Assembly: GCA_963842085.1 (NCBI GenBank)
Contig: CAWJET010000001.1
Coordinates: 2,304,001-2,368,000 of the forward strand
Length of the DNA: 64,000 bases
Reading direction: 5' to 3'
Source of the DNA: an uncultured delta proteobacterium
GTDB lineage: Bacteria > Desulfobacterota > Binatia > Binatales > Binataceae
In this document: in pieces, positions 48,814 to 58,860 of the stretch
How positions within the stretch are numbered: the first letter of the stretch is position 1
Layout of the letters: every line of letters starts with the position of its first letter
Made by a program: the position numbers and the translations under genes
The notes under the pieces: model-generated
What the model saw: only the letters and a program-made list of their open reading frames with translations
Told to the model about the DNA's origin: nothing
Databases searched by the model: none

Positions 48814-49959
48814 TCAAGACTCATCCGCTGCTACCGCAACATCGAAATCCCGCGCCTGATAGAGGAGGCGCTCAGGGACCGAGCGCCGGAAAAGCCGGCT
48901 TATGAGGCTCCCTTGCGGTCGCCCCAGGATGACCTTGGGGACGTGGTTTTCGTGCGCGAAGTCTGCGATGGCCGCGACCGGGTCTTCTGCCTTCAGCCAG
49001 ACGAATTCGGCGCCGAGGTCACCGGCCAAATTCACGTTATCGAGCAACGCGCGGAAATCCGCCGGGCTGATCTTGCGGACCGCTTCTTCCGGAACCTCCA
49101 CGTGAACCGCGTACCACCTGGCATAGAGGTTGCCGGCTTCGCGCCATCCTTTGCACAACAGTCGTTCGGCCTCTCGCTGATCCGAAGGCAGACAAACCAG
49201 CATCCGCTCCGTGGCGATCAGGTGGCGCGTCTGCTGCCGTTTCAACGCGCCCTCGTCCTCGCGCTGCCGGCCGATATCTCGGGCGACCTCGCGCAGCGTC
49301 AGCTCGCGCAGGACAGTCAGGTTATCCGGCTTGAAGAAGTTGCGCAGCGCCAGACTGACTTGCTCGATCGGAAAGATTTTTCCTTCCTGCAGACGCTGCA
49401 ACAGTTCTTCGGCCGATATATCCACGTCCACAATCTCATCGGCCTGAGCAAGGAAGGAGTCGGGGATGGTTTCGGTCACGGTTATTCCCGTCAGCCGCTT
49501 CACGATCGGGGTCATACTCTGAATATGCTGAAGGTTGACCGCTGTAATGACGCTGATGCCGGCGCCAAGGAGTTCCTCCACGTCCTCGCAGCGCGTTCGA
49601 TGGCGGCTGCCCGGAGTGTTGGTGTGCGCAAGCTCATCGACGACGGCGAATTCGGGTTTCCGGGCGAGTATCGCCTCGACATCCATCTCTCTCACAATCG
49701 CGCCGCGATAGCTGATCTCACGCAGCGGGGTCGTCTCGAGACCTTCAATCATCGCCGCAGTCTCGCGACGACCGTGAGTTTCAATATAGCCGAGGACTAC
49801 ATCGTGTCCCTCGGCGCGCAATTGATGCGCCTCCTGGAGCATTCGGTAGGTCTTGCCGACTCCGACCGCCGCGCCCAGGTAAACCTTCAGCCTTCCCCTC
49901 TTTGCGTCCGCAGACGCGCCCGGAGATCCTTCAGAGCCTGGATTTCGTTCGTTGCGCAT
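48814..49959 (-). CDS. KdpD N-terminal sensor plus Usp domain protein, without TM or kinase domains
   Basis: GRLKVYLGAAVGVGKTYRML, ETHGR, VDELAHTN, LRELTLR, then a Usp domain. Confidence 0.88.
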   Translation of the reverse strand: MRNERNPGSEGSPGASADAKRGRLKVYLGAAVGVGKTYRMLQEAHQLRAEGHDVVLGYIETHGRRETAAMIEGLETTPLREISYRGAIVREMDVEAILARKPEFAVVDELAHTNTPGSRHRTRCEDVEELLGAGISVITAVNLQHIQSMTPIVKRLTGITVTETIPDSFLAQADEIVDVDISAEELLQRLQEGKIFPIEQVSLALRNFFKPDNLTVLRELTLREVARDIGRQREDEGALKRQQTRHLIATERMLVCLPSDQREAERLLCKGWREAGNLYARWYAVHVEVPEEAVRKISPADFRALLDNVNLAGDLGAEFVWLKAEDPVAAIADFAHENHVPKVILGRPQGSLISRLFRRSVPERLLYQARDFDVAVAADES

Positions 49960-50290
49960 CCTGGCGACGTGACTCCGTCTGTCGCTGCGCGCATCGATTC
50001 GTATTCGTCGCGCAACGGGCAGCGACGCCATTAGTTCTCTCACGAAGGTATGCCTCACCGCGATGGGCGCAAAGCTCGAAGCAAGCTTCGAGGATCATCC
50101 CGAAGCCTTCACCTTGATCCAGCGGCAGCTTCGCGCCGCTCTGGCGAAGGTCGGAACCGTCTCCTCGCCCGCGAAACGACGCCACGCTTGACCCCCTTGC
50201 AAACCGGAAATCGTGCATTAATTTTCCGATCGGAAGGCCTGAGATAATCGAGGGCCAGCGCAGATGCTGAACAAAGGAGGTGAATTGGCA

Positions 50291-50779
50291 ATGCTGCGTG
50301 AACTTCGACCCTGGCTTTTCGGATGGACGTCGTCAACGGAGCGCTTCCGGGACGACATCGACGAGCTCTTCGACCGCTTCTTTGGTGAGCTCGGCGAGAA
50401 CGGTAACGCGATGCCGATCTGGCCGGCGATGGAGTCCTTCGTTAAGGACGGCAACCTGGTGATGCGGGTTGATTTGCCGGGCGTGAATCCCAAAGACATC
50501 GACGTCGCGGTCGCCGACAACCTGCTGACGATTCGGGCGTCGCGCGAACGGCAGGGCAAGGAGCATCGTAAGGGTTTGCGCCGCCGAGAGGTCAGCTACG
50601 GAACTTTCCAGCGCTCGATGACGCTGCCGCCCGGCGTCAAGACCGATCAGATCAAGGCGAACTATCGCAACGGCGTGCTGGAGCTGAGCATGCCGGCTCC
50701 GGAGCTCGAGGGTCGCAAGATCCCGATCGAGATCGGTGCTGACGACAAGAAGCAGCTCGAGCATCAAGCCGCCGCGTAG
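50291..50779 (+). CDS. Hsp20/alpha-crystallin small heat shock protein
   Basis: DLPGV, YGTFQRSMTLP, ANYRNGVLEL; strong AAAGGAGGTG RBS. Confidence 0.93.
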   Translation: MLRELRPWLFGWTSSTERFRDDIDELFDRFFGELGENGNAMPIWPAMESFVKDGNLVMRVDLPGVNPKDIDVAVADNLLTIRASRERQGKEHRKGLRRREVSYGTFQRSMTLPPGVKTDQIKANYRNGVLELSMPAPELEGRKIPIEIGADDKKQLEHQAAA

Positions 50780-50920
50780 CACCGGACTGACTTCGGGCGA
50801 ACAGATGATGGCGGCTACTGACCGTCATCGGATGCTCCGCCAGGACTGATTGGAGAGCCGCTCCGCGCGGCTCTCCGAGCGTTCGCGTAGAACTAAGTCC
50901 TGAAGCGCGGGAACAGCGGC

Positions 50921-51583
50921 TCAGGTGTTTTCCGGCTCTTCAGCCTTGATGAACTTGAGCGACGCGGAATTCATGCAGTAGCGCAGTCCCGTCGGCCGGG
51001 GACCGTCGTCGAACACGTGGCCGAGATGCGCGTCGCATTTGGCGCACATCACCTCGGTCCGCTTCATGAAAAATGAACGGTCGGTCTTGGTCTCGATGTT
51101 CTCGGGCGCGATCGGCTGATAGAAGCTCGGCCATCCCGTGCCCGATTCGAACTTGGTGTCGGAGCTGAACAGCGCGTTGCCGCAGCAGATGCATCGATAG
51201 AGACCCTTATCGTGATTCTCGGCGTATAAGTTCGAGAACGGGCGCTCGGTGCCCTTTTTGCGCGCGACCTCGTACTGCTCCGGGGTCAGCTCCTTGCGCC
51301 ATTCCGTGTCGGTCTTAACGACTTTATCTACCATGACGAGTCCCTTTCTTTGGCCGGAATCGGTGAACTCAACAATCGATACTTTGACTATACCCGACGT
51401 GCCCGAATCCGGCGAATCGCCGGACGCATCGGCGGTGAGGCCTCTCTCGGCGTAACCGAATGCGATGATCGCGGGTATTGCGGCAATCGCGACGACAAAC
51501 GCACGCCGCCCGATGAGACGCGCGCTCTGACTATTCGAATGACTACTGCCTTCAGCCAATTTTCGATTCGATGTCTTGATCAT
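50921..51583 (-). CDS. msrB: Peptide methionine sulfoxide reductase MsrB with Tat-like signal
   Basis: [26 protein letters not shown]; GRRAFV in the N-terminus. Confidence 0.94.
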   Translation of the reverse strand: MIKTSNRKLAEGSSHSNSQSARLIGRRAFVVAIAAIPAIIAFGYAERGLTADASGDSPDSGTSGIVKVSIVEFTDSGQRKGLVMVDKVVKTDTEWRKELTPEQYEVARKKGTERPFSNLYAENHDKGLYRCICCGNALFSSDTKFESGTGWPSFYQPIAPENIETKTDRSFFMKRTEVMCAKCDAHLGHVFDDGPRPTGLRYCMNSASLKFIKAEEPENT

Positions 51584-51642
51584 TGCACATTAGAAAACAG
51601 CTTCGAAGGCTGCGCGGTTCCCGATGTGAGCTGACCCGATAT

Positions 51643-52716
51643 CTAGATCTGATACACGAACAGCTTCTGTTCCTTTGGTCTCAGGAACACGTGCGCGCCG
51701 GTTTCCAGATGCAGCGCCTGAAAACGCTCGTGGCTGATCTCGACCTGCACCATGTCGCCCCATTCGGCGACCAGCTCGACCTTCACCTGCGGCCCGGCCG
51801 GGTTGATCGACTTGACGGTCGCGGGAAAGGTCTGCTTGCCGTTGGGCTTCGGCACGATTTCCAGCAGATGCGGCCGCACGTAGAGCACCGCCTTGCCGTT
51901 CTCCGCCGGATGCGCGTGCGCGTGCGTGTTCTCCAGTTCGACGGCGGTATCGCCGATAAACACGCGGCCGTTTTCGATTCGGCCGTGGAACAGGTTCACG
52001 TTGCCCAAAAAGTTGTAGACGAATGCGTTGGCGGGATGATGATAGACTTCCTCGGCCGATCCGATCTGCTCGATATGCCCCTGGTTCATCACGACTATCC
52101 GGTTGGCGAGCTCGAGCGCCTCTTCCTGGTCGTGCGTGACGAACACGCTGGTTATCTTGATCTCGTCGTGCAGTCGCCGCAGCCATCGGCGCAGTTCCTG
52201 GCGCACCTTGGCGTCGAGCGCGCCGAACGGCTCGTCGAGCAGCAGGACTTTCGGCTCGACGGCGAGCGTGCGTGCGAGTGCGACGCGCTGGCGCTGCCCG
52301 CCGGAGAGCTGCGAGGGGTAGCGGTCGGCGAGAAAGTCGAGCTGCACGAGTTTGAGCAGCTTATGCACGCGTCGCTCGATCTCGGACTCCGCAGGACGTT
52401 CGCGCCGCGGCAGCACGCGCATCCCGAAGGCGACATTTTCGAACACCGTCATGTGCCGAAACAGCGCGTAGTGCTGAAATACGAAACCGACCTTGCGCTT
52501 GCGGACGCTGACCTCGCTCGCGTCCTCGCCGTGGAACAGCACCTCGCCGGTGTCCGGCGTCTCCAGGCCGGCGATTATCCTGAGCAGCGTGGTCTTGCCC
52601 GAGCCCGACAGCCCCAGCAGCGCGACCAGCTCGCCGGTTTCGATGTGCAGGTTGATATTGTCAACTGCGACGAAGTCGCCGAACTTCTTGCTGATATTTC
52701 TGAGCTCGATACTCAT
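51643..52716 (-). CDS. cysA: Sulfate ABC transporter ATPase
   Basis: [33 protein letters not shown]. Confidence 0.95.
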   Translation of the reverse strand: MSIELRNISKKFGDFVAVDNINLHIETGELVALLGLSGSGKTTLLRIIAGLETPDTGEVLFHGEDASEVSVRKRKVGFVFQHYALFRHMTVFENVAFGMRVLPRRERPAESEIERRVHKLLKLVQLDFLADRYPSQLSGGQRQRVALARTLAVEPKVLLLDEPFGALDAKVRQELRRWLRRLHDEIKITSVFVTHDQEEALELANRIVVMNQGHIEQIGSAEEVYHHPANAFVYNFLGNVNLFHGRIENGRVFIGDTAVELENTHAHAHPAENGKAVLYVRPHLLEIVPKPNGKQTFPATVKSINPAGPQVKVELVAEWGDMVQVEISHERFQALHLETGAHVFLRPKEQKLFVYQI

Positions 52717-53591
52717 GCTGCAATCTTGGCCATATCATCCTGTTCCTGCTTCACCGGCACCACGCGGCGCTCGAGGAAATACTTGGCGATTAGCGTCGCG
52801 ATAGCGAGCAGGGTAAGCAGCGACGCAACCGCGAACGCGGCCGCGAACTGGTAGTCATTGTACAGAATCTCGACGTACAGCGGCATCGTGTTGGTAAGCC
52901 CGCGGATATGGCCCGACACCACCGAAACGGCGCCGAACTCGCCCATCGCGCGCGAGTTGCACAGCACCATCCCATAAAGCAGGCCCCATTTGACGTTGGG
53001 AATCGTCACGCGGAAAAACATCTGCCAGCCGCCGGCGCCCAGCACGATCGCGGCTTCCTCTTCCTCGCTGCCGACTGCCTGCATGATCGGGATCAGTTCG
53101 CGCGCGGCGAACGGGAAGGTGACGAAGATCGTCGCCAGCACGATTCCCGGCTCGGCAAAGATGATCCGGATGCCGTGATCCGCGAGCCATCCGCCAAGCG
53201 GCGCGTGCACGCCGAGCAGCAGCACGAACAGCATCCCCGCGATGACCGGCGAGACCGAGAACGGGATGTCGATCAGCGTCAGCAAGGTCTGCTTGCCGAG
53301 AAAATCGAAGCGCGCGATCGCCCACGATGCGGCGATTCCGAAAGTGACGTTGAGCGGCACCGCGATCGCGGCGGTCATCAGCGTCAGGCGGATCGCGGCG
53401 AACGCCTCGGGATTCGCGATCGCCGCCAAGTATGCGCCGATTCCCTTCTTCAGCGCCTCGACAAAAACCGCAATCACCGGCAAGAACAGGAACAGCGCGA
53501 GGAACACCAGCGTCGTCGCGATCAACGCGCGCCTGACCCACGGCGGATCGGCGGTCCCCGGCCTCGGTGCGCCTGCAGACTGGCTCGCCAT
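52713..53591 (-). CDS. cysW: Sulfate ABC permease CysW
   Basis: [37 protein letters not shown]. Confidence 0.94.
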   Translation of the reverse strand: MASQSAGAPRPGTADPPWVRRALIATTLVFLALFLFLPVIAVFVEALKKGIGAYLAAIANPEAFAAIRLTLMTAAIAVPLNVTFGIAASWAIARFDFLGKQTLLTLIDIPFSVSPVIAGMLFVLLLGVHAPLGGWLADHGIRIIFAEPGIVLATIFVTFPFAARELIPIMQAVGSEEEEAAIVLGAGGWQMFFRVTIPNVKWGLLYGMVLCNSRAMGEFGAVSVVSGHIRGLTNTMPLYVEILYNDYQFAAAFAVASLLTLLAIATLIAKYFLERRVVPVKQEQDDMAKIAA

Positions 53592-53599
53592 CGTCAGCC

Positions 53600-54433
53600 T
53601 CAAGCCATCAGCCGGCGGCTGCTCCACCTTTGCAGCACGTTAATCCCAAGCAGAATCACGAACGACGCCGTCAGCATCACCACCGCGATCGCGGTCGCGC
53701 CGGCGTAATCGAACTGCTCGAGCTTGCTCATGATCAACAGCGGCACCACCTCGGTATGCATCGGCATGTTGCCCGAGATAAAAACCACCGAGCCGTACTC
53801 GCCGAGTGCGCGCGCGAACGCGAGTGCGAATCCGGTCAGCAGCGCGGGAATCAGCGCGGGCGCGATCACCAAAATGAACGTCTGCAGCCGGCTCGCGCCG
53901 AGTGTCGCCGCCGCCTCCTCGTATTCCTCGTCGAGATCTTCGAGCACGGGCTGGATCGTGCGAACCACGAATGGCAGCCCGACGAAAGTAAGCGCGACCA
54001 CCACGCCCAGCGGAGCGTACGCGACCTTTATTCCAAGCGGCGCGACCAGCAGTCCAATCCATCCGTTGCTCGCGTAAATCGCGGTGAGCGTGATTCCGGC
54101 GACCGCGGTCGGCAGCGCGAACGGCAGATCGACCATCACGTCGATCAGCGTCTTGCCGGGAAATTCGTAACGAACCAGGCTCCACGCCACGATAAACCCG
54201 AACACCGAGTTGAGCGCGGCCCCAGCAATCGAGGCGCCGAAGCTCAGCTTGTAGGCCGCGATCGTGCGCGGGTTCGCGACCGCCGCCCAGAACTGGGCCC
54301 AGGTCAGCGTGAAAGTCTTGAAAAAGATCGTCGAGATCGGAATCAGCACGACGATTCCGAGGTAGGCGAGCGTGAAGCCGAGCGTCAGGCCGAATCCCGG
54401 CAGCACGTTGGTCCTTCTCGTTTTCGCCGCCAT
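53600..54433 (-). CDS. cysT: Sulfate ABC permease CysT
   Basis: LPGFGLTLG, DLPFALPTAVAG, ARALGEYGSV. Confidence 0.94.
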   Translation of the reverse strand: MAAKTRRTNVLPGFGLTLGFTLAYLGIVVLIPISTIFFKTFTLTWAQFWAAVANPRTIAAYKLSFGASIAGAALNSVFGFIVAWSLVRYEFPGKTLIDVMVDLPFALPTAVAGITLTAIYASNGWIGLLVAPLGIKVAYAPLGVVVALTFVGLPFVVRTIQPVLEDLDEEYEEAAATLGASRLQTFILVIAPALIPALLTGFALAFARALGEYGSVVFISGNMPMHTEVVPLLIMSKLEQFDYAGATAIAVVMLTASFVILLGINVLQRWSSRRLMA

Positions 54434-54456
54434 CGTGATCTTCTTACCCCGCTCCT

Positions 54457-55485
54457 TTAACTTCCCGGCTGATAGATCTTGTCGAAGACGCCGCCGTCGC
54501 CGAAAAACTTCGGCTGCGCAGTTTTCCATCCGCCGAAATCCTTGTCGATCGTGAACAGCGACAGGCTCGGGAACTGGCTTGCATACTTCGCCGCGACTGC
54601 CGGGTTGCGCGGCCGGTAAAAGTTCTGCGCGATAATTTCCTGCGCCTCGGGCGTGTACAGAAATTCCAGGTACGCCTTCGAGATCGCTGCCGTGCCGTGA
54701 AGGCGGTCGATCTTGTCCACCCACGCGACCGGCGGTTCCGCCAGGATGCTTATCGACGGATACACGATCTCGAACTTGTCGGCGCCAAACTGCTTGATCG
54801 CCATCCGCGCCTCGTTTTCCCATGCGATCAGCACGTCGCCGATGCCGCGCTCGACAAACGTAGTGGTCGAGCCGCGCGCACCGGAGTCGAGCACCGGCAC
54901 GTTTTTGTAAAGCGCGCTGACGAACGCCGCCGCCTTGGCCTCGTCGCCGCCGTTTTTCTTCAGCGCGTAGCCCCACGCCGCCAGGAAATTCCAGCGCGCG
55001 CCGCCGGAGGTCTTTGGATTCGGCGTGATCACCGAGATGCCGGGCTTCACCAGGTCATCCCAATCGTGGATATGCTTCGGATTCCCCTTGCGCACCAACA
55101 GCACGATAGTCGAGGTGTAGGGGCAACTGTTGTCGGGCAGGCGCGATTGCCAGTTCACCGGCAGCACGTGCGCCCTGGCGGCAATCGCATCGATGTCGCC
55201 GGCCAGCCCGAGCGTCACCACGTCGGCCTCGAGGCCGTCGATAACAGCGCGCGCCTGCTTGCCCGAGCCGCCGTGCGATTGGTTGATGGTGACATCGTCA
55301 CCGGTCTTCGCTTTCCAGTCCTTCGCGAACCGGGCGTTGATCGATTCGTACAGCTCGCGAGTCGGGTCGTACGATACGTTAAGGAGTGTGATCTGGGCTG
55401 CGCGCGCCGCGCCCACGCCGAGAGCAACGCTCGCCGCAACGACGATGAAGGCGAGCGCATGTGCCAGTTTCAATCTGCCAGACAT
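54457..55485 (-). CDS. sbp: Sulfate/thiosulfate-binding protein
   Basis: [38 protein letters not shown]. Confidence 0.94.
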   Translation of the reverse strand: MSGRLKLAHALAFIVVAASVALGVGAARAAQITLLNVSYDPTRELYESINARFAKDWKAKTGDDVTINQSHGGSGKQARAVIDGLEADVVTLGLAGDIDAIAARAHVLPVNWQSRLPDNSCPYTSTIVLLVRKGNPKHIHDWDDLVKPGISVITPNPKTSGGARWNFLAAWGYALKKNGGDEAKAAAFVSALYKNVPVLDSGARGSTTTFVERGIGDVLIAWENEARMAIKQFGADKFEIVYPSISILAEPPVAWVDKIDRLHGTAAISKAYLEFLYTPEAQEIIAQNFYRPRNPAVAAKYASQFPSLSLFTIDKDFGGWKTAQPKFFGDGGVFDKIYQPGS

Positions 55486-55502
55486 TCCTGGTCCCGCTTT
55501 CC

Positions 55503-56972
55503 TCAGAACGAGATTTGAAGTTGCGACTCGAAGACGCTTTCGTTTGGCCGGTCCTTCACGTCGGTGGTCGTGCCGGCGCCACCGTTGAAGTAGGTGTTCG
55601 CGTAGTCGAACTGCCACTTGATGTTGCTGCTCAGGTACCAATTGAGGCCTGCCGCGAACTCGGTCGCAGTTTTCGCTGACACGTTGGGAGCAGCGAAGCC
55701 GAGCTGGAACTGGCGGCTTTGCGCGGCGAGGTTGCTGATTCTGCCCGCTACCTCCCATGCGCCCCACCATCCGTTGCGCGGATCGAATGGATGATACGGC
55801 TTAACCCAGCCGTAGGACGCCTCTTCCCCAGTCAGCAGGTAGGAAGCCTGCGCGAAATAGCCGGTATCCGTGAAGGTGTCGGTGCGGTTGATCTGCCTTA
55901 CGAATGGAGCCTTCCCGTAACTGGTGAACAGGTTCAGCGAATGCTCGTCCTGCGCGTATTCGGCCATCAAGCCCAGGCCACGCCAGTAGTAGTAGGCTTG
56001 CGGCTCAAGGCGCGCGCGCAAGCCCGAGGCCGTCACGCCCTTGTTGTAGGAGAACCAGGTACTCATGCCGTAGGTCTTGTAGACCGAGGTCGTGCTGCCG
56101 CGTTCATCGCCGTATGAGCCGGCGAAGCCGAAGCCCAGCCCCTTGAGCCATTCGCTTTCGCCGAGTTCGAACGGCGTCGTGAAGATGCGGCCGACGAAGT
56201 CCTTGCCGTCGTTGTTGTCTAGGTCTGTCGTATCTGATGCGGTGTTGTTCGGCACTCCATTCATCAGCGCGGCGTCATAGAAAAGGCGGCCGTCCAAAAG
56301 CCTGCCATGCAGACTGAAGCCAGTGTCGCGGTTCGGCACCAGATTCTGGATCTCCGAACGTTCGCTGAATTCGAGGTCGCGGTCCGACTGCAGGCGCTCG
56401 AGATCGAGCGGCGCTTTGAACTTCCCGGTCCTGAGGCTGGCAAGATCGAAATAGGTGATATTCAGGTAGGCGTCCTGCAGGGTGACTTTGCCCTGACCAA
56501 AGTCGGGCGTGATGTTGAAGTTGTAGTACTTGCCGACCGAGCCGGTCAGGATCGGCCGCACGCGGTTCAGGTAGAAGGTGCTGCCGACGTTCTTGTCCGC
56601 GCCGCTGGCGAAGAAGCGGCCGTCGCCCTGGATGATCCCGCCGAAGCCGATATTGTAATCGTGGTTGGGCGAAGACAGGGAGAATCCCTCGTCGCCCACT
56701 TTGACAATCGGCATCGCGAGCGACTTCTGATGTTCGGTCGCTTCCTGATCTTCGAGTTTGCGGTCGATCACTTTCACCTTTTGATTAAGCCCCTCCAGCG
56801 TGTCGACCCGCTGCTCGAGCTGCTTGACCTCTGTCTTCAGCAATTCGATTTCCTGATCTTTCGGATCGGTGGACAGCTTTGACTGCGCATGCGCCGGCCC
56901 GGCAGGAACAAACACCCCGGTGATTGCCGCCACCAGCAGAACCGGCAGGATCGGCAAAGTGCATTTTCTCAT
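55503..56972 (-). CDS. OprO/OprP family anion-selective porin
   Basis: Signal peptide, coiled coil, GKFKAP..LERLQS, C-terminal Phe. Confidence 0.85.
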   Translation of the reverse strand: MRKCTLPILPVLLVAAITGVFVPAGPAHAQSKLSTDPKDQEIELLKTEVKQLEQRVDTLEGLNQKVKVIDRKLEDQEATEHQKSLAMPIVKVGDEGFSLSSPNHDYNIGFGGIIQGDGRFFASGADKNVGSTFYLNRVRPILTGSVGKYYNFNITPDFGQGKVTLQDAYLNITYFDLASLRTGKFKAPLDLERLQSDRDLEFSERSEIQNLVPNRDTGFSLHGRLLDGRLFYDAALMNGVPNNTASDTTDLDNNDGKDFVGRIFTTPFELGESEWLKGLGFGFAGSYGDERGSTTSVYKTYGMSTWFSYNKGVTASGLRARLEPQAYYYWRGLGLMAEYAQDEHSLNLFTSYGKAPFVRQINRTDTFTDTGYFAQASYLLTGEEASYGWVKPYHPFDPRNGWWGAWEVAGRISNLAAQSRQFQLGFAAPNVSAKTATEFAAGLNWYLSSNIKWQFDYANTYFNGGAGTTTDVKDRPNESVFESQLQISF

Positions 56973-57123
56973 CTCGGAAGCCCCTCATCGTATTGGGAAC
57001 TTCCGGATGTCCGGTCGGCTCGCAGTTAATGATTGACGGCTCTTTCATGTCGCGCCGGATCCTTCCCCGGTCCGGGCCCTCATAGCTCTTTTGTGGTCGG
57101 AGACAATTCATTCGGCGTCCGAG

Positions 57124-57321
57124 TTAGCCACGCCCGGTCTTGTCGAAGCGAAACTTCTCTTTGCGCTCGATTTGCACGACTCGCGAATCCTGGATCACGA
57201 TCTCGACCGAGCCAAAGCGCACGCCTCTGATCGCGTTGGCGATGCGCCGCAAGATGTGGTCGCCCGAGTCGGTCTCGGGTTGGACATCGCACTGACTGGT
57301 CGGAATCGTATGTGGTTTCAT
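57124..57321 (-). CDS. YezD/DUF2292 (OscA-like) small sulfur-starvation protein
   Basis: IRGVRFGSVEIVIQDSRVVQIERKEKFR. Confidence 0.88.
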   Translation of the reverse strand: MKPHTIPTSQCDVQPETDSGDHILRRIANAIRGVRFGSVEIVIQDSRVVQIERKEKFRFDKTGRG

Positions 57322-57325
57322 AATC

Positions 57326-57348
57326 TATCCTATTAGATGACTAGACTA
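57326..57348. promoter_or_regulatory. Putative Rrf2/CymR-type box upstream of yezD
   Basis: TATCCTATT-N5-ACTAGACTA pseudo-palindrome; 16/23 identical to the 57850 site. Confidence 0.62.
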
Positions 57349-57376
57349 ATGTTCCAAAAAAAGAGCAAATCTTCCT

Positions 57377-57835
57377 TCAGATCGCGAAACTCAACGATTC
57401 GTTGCCGGTAACCACTGCCTCGACGCGCTTGAGCATGTCCGCCAGCGATGTCGAATCCATTATCTTCGCGGTCGCGTCGCGGACTTCCTTCATCACGATC
57501 CTGATTCCGCAACTGCGTTCGTCGCGGCACTCGCGGCATCGCATGTACGCGGTCTTGCTGACGCACGGCAACGGCGCGATTGGCCCGTCCAGCACGCGTA
57601 TTATGTGACCGACGCTGATCAGATGAGGCTCGCGTCCAAGGAAGTATCCGCCGCCTTTTCCTTTCTTGCTTTGCAGCAGCCCCTGGTTCTTGAGTTCGAG
57701 TAGGATCAATTCCAGGAACTTGCGCGGGATACCTTCGCGCTGCGCCATATCAGATATGAGCACGGGTCCCTGGCCGTATTCCTTGGCCAGGACCATCATC
57801 GCCTTCAGGGCGTATTTGGATTTCTGCGAAAGCAT
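57377..57835 (-). CDS. Rrf2 family regulator of the sulfate uptake operon
   Basis: KSKYALKA, IPRKFLELIL, SKKGKGGGY, PCVS..CRECRDERSC. Confidence 0.93.
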   Translation of the reverse strand: MLSQKSKYALKAMMVLAKEYGQGPVLISDMAQREGIPRKFLELILLELKNQGLLQSKKGKGGGYFLGREPHLISVGHIIRVLDGPIAPLPCVSKTAYMRCRECRDERSCGIRIVMKEVRDATAKIMDSTSLADMLKRVEAVVTGNESLSFAI

Positions 57836-57849
57836 CGTTGGCTATAATT

Positions 57850-57872
57850 TAGCCGATAGGCGAACTAGACTA
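57850..57872. promoter_or_regulatory. Putative autoregulatory Rrf2 box
   Basis: TAGCCGATA-N5-ACTAGACTA. Confidence 0.6.
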
Positions 57873-57923
57873 AAGCCGTAAGCAGAGTCAGTCAAGAGCC
57901 GCGAAGCGCCGCGAAGACCGGGA

Positions 57924-58766
57924 TCAGCGCGACTTCGCCTTCAACTCGGCGTACTTATCCAGCAACGGCAACACGGTCTCTCTCGTCGCAGGCGGTAGCG
58001 CGAAGATCAACCGGTCGAGGCCGAGGTCGAGGAACTTTTTGACGTGTTCGGGGTTCTGACCGACGCCGAACATCGAGACTGGAAGTTTGCCGCGGCCAGC
58101 TCTCACCCCCGCTTCGGCCAGCGCTTTCAAGCCGGCGGCGAGATCGTACCGCGGAAAATTGATCGGCATCCATCCGTCGCAATACTCCGCGACGCGATCG
58201 AACGTCCTGGGCGATTGCGAACCCAGGAGAATCGGCGGTCCTCCCGCCTGCACCGGCTTGGGAAACGACCAGATCGGATCGAAGTTCACGAACTCACCAT
58301 GAAACTCGGCCGCCTCCCTGGTCCATATCTGGCGGATCGCGAGAATTTTTTCCTTGACGATTTTCCAGCGCCGCTTGAACACCGCACCATGATTCTGCAT
58401 CTCCTCGACGTTCCAGCCGGCGCCGATGCCGAAAATCACGTGGCCGCCCGAAATCATGTCGAGCGACGCGACTTCCTTGGCGAGCGTGATCGGATCGCGT
58501 TCGATCACCAGGCACACTCCTGTGGCGAGTTTGATCTTCTTGGTTACTGCCGCCGCCGCGCCGAGCGCGACGAACGGATCGTGCGTGTGCCAGTACTCCT
58601 TGGGCAACTCGGCGCCGCCGGGCCAGGGCGTTTTGCGCGACGCGGGGATGTGCGTGTGCTCGGGAAAGAACATCGACTCGAAGCCGCGTTCTTCAGCCGC
58701 GAGCGCAAGCTCGATCGGCTGGATTGCGTAATCGGTCGGGAACATCGAGATTCCGAATTCGGCCAT
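57924..58766 (-). CDS. LLM-class F420-dependent oxidoreductase
   Basis: FPEHTHIP, DPFVAL, ERDPITLAKEVASLD, GAGWN. Confidence 0.9.
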   Translation of the reverse strand: MAEFGISMFPTDYAIQPIELALAAEERGFESMFFPEHTHIPASRKTPWPGGAELPKEYWHTHDPFVALGAAAAVTKKIKLATGVCLVIERDPITLAKEVASLDMISGGHVIFGIGAGWNVEEMQNHGAVFKRRWKIVKEKILAIRQIWTREAAEFHGEFVNFDPIWSFPKPVQAGGPPILLGSQSPRTFDRVAEYCDGWMPINFPRYDLAAGLKALAEAGVRAGRGKLPVSMFGVGQNPEHVKKFLDLGLDRLIFALPPATRETVLPLLDKYAELKAKSR

Positions 58767-58860
58767 GGCGATTCCTCCTGGATCAAACGGGCGCGGGCGA
58801 CACGTCGTCTGCGCGCTGCACGAGTTTCATAGCACAACTGATTGGGGAAGCGTCTGCGCG

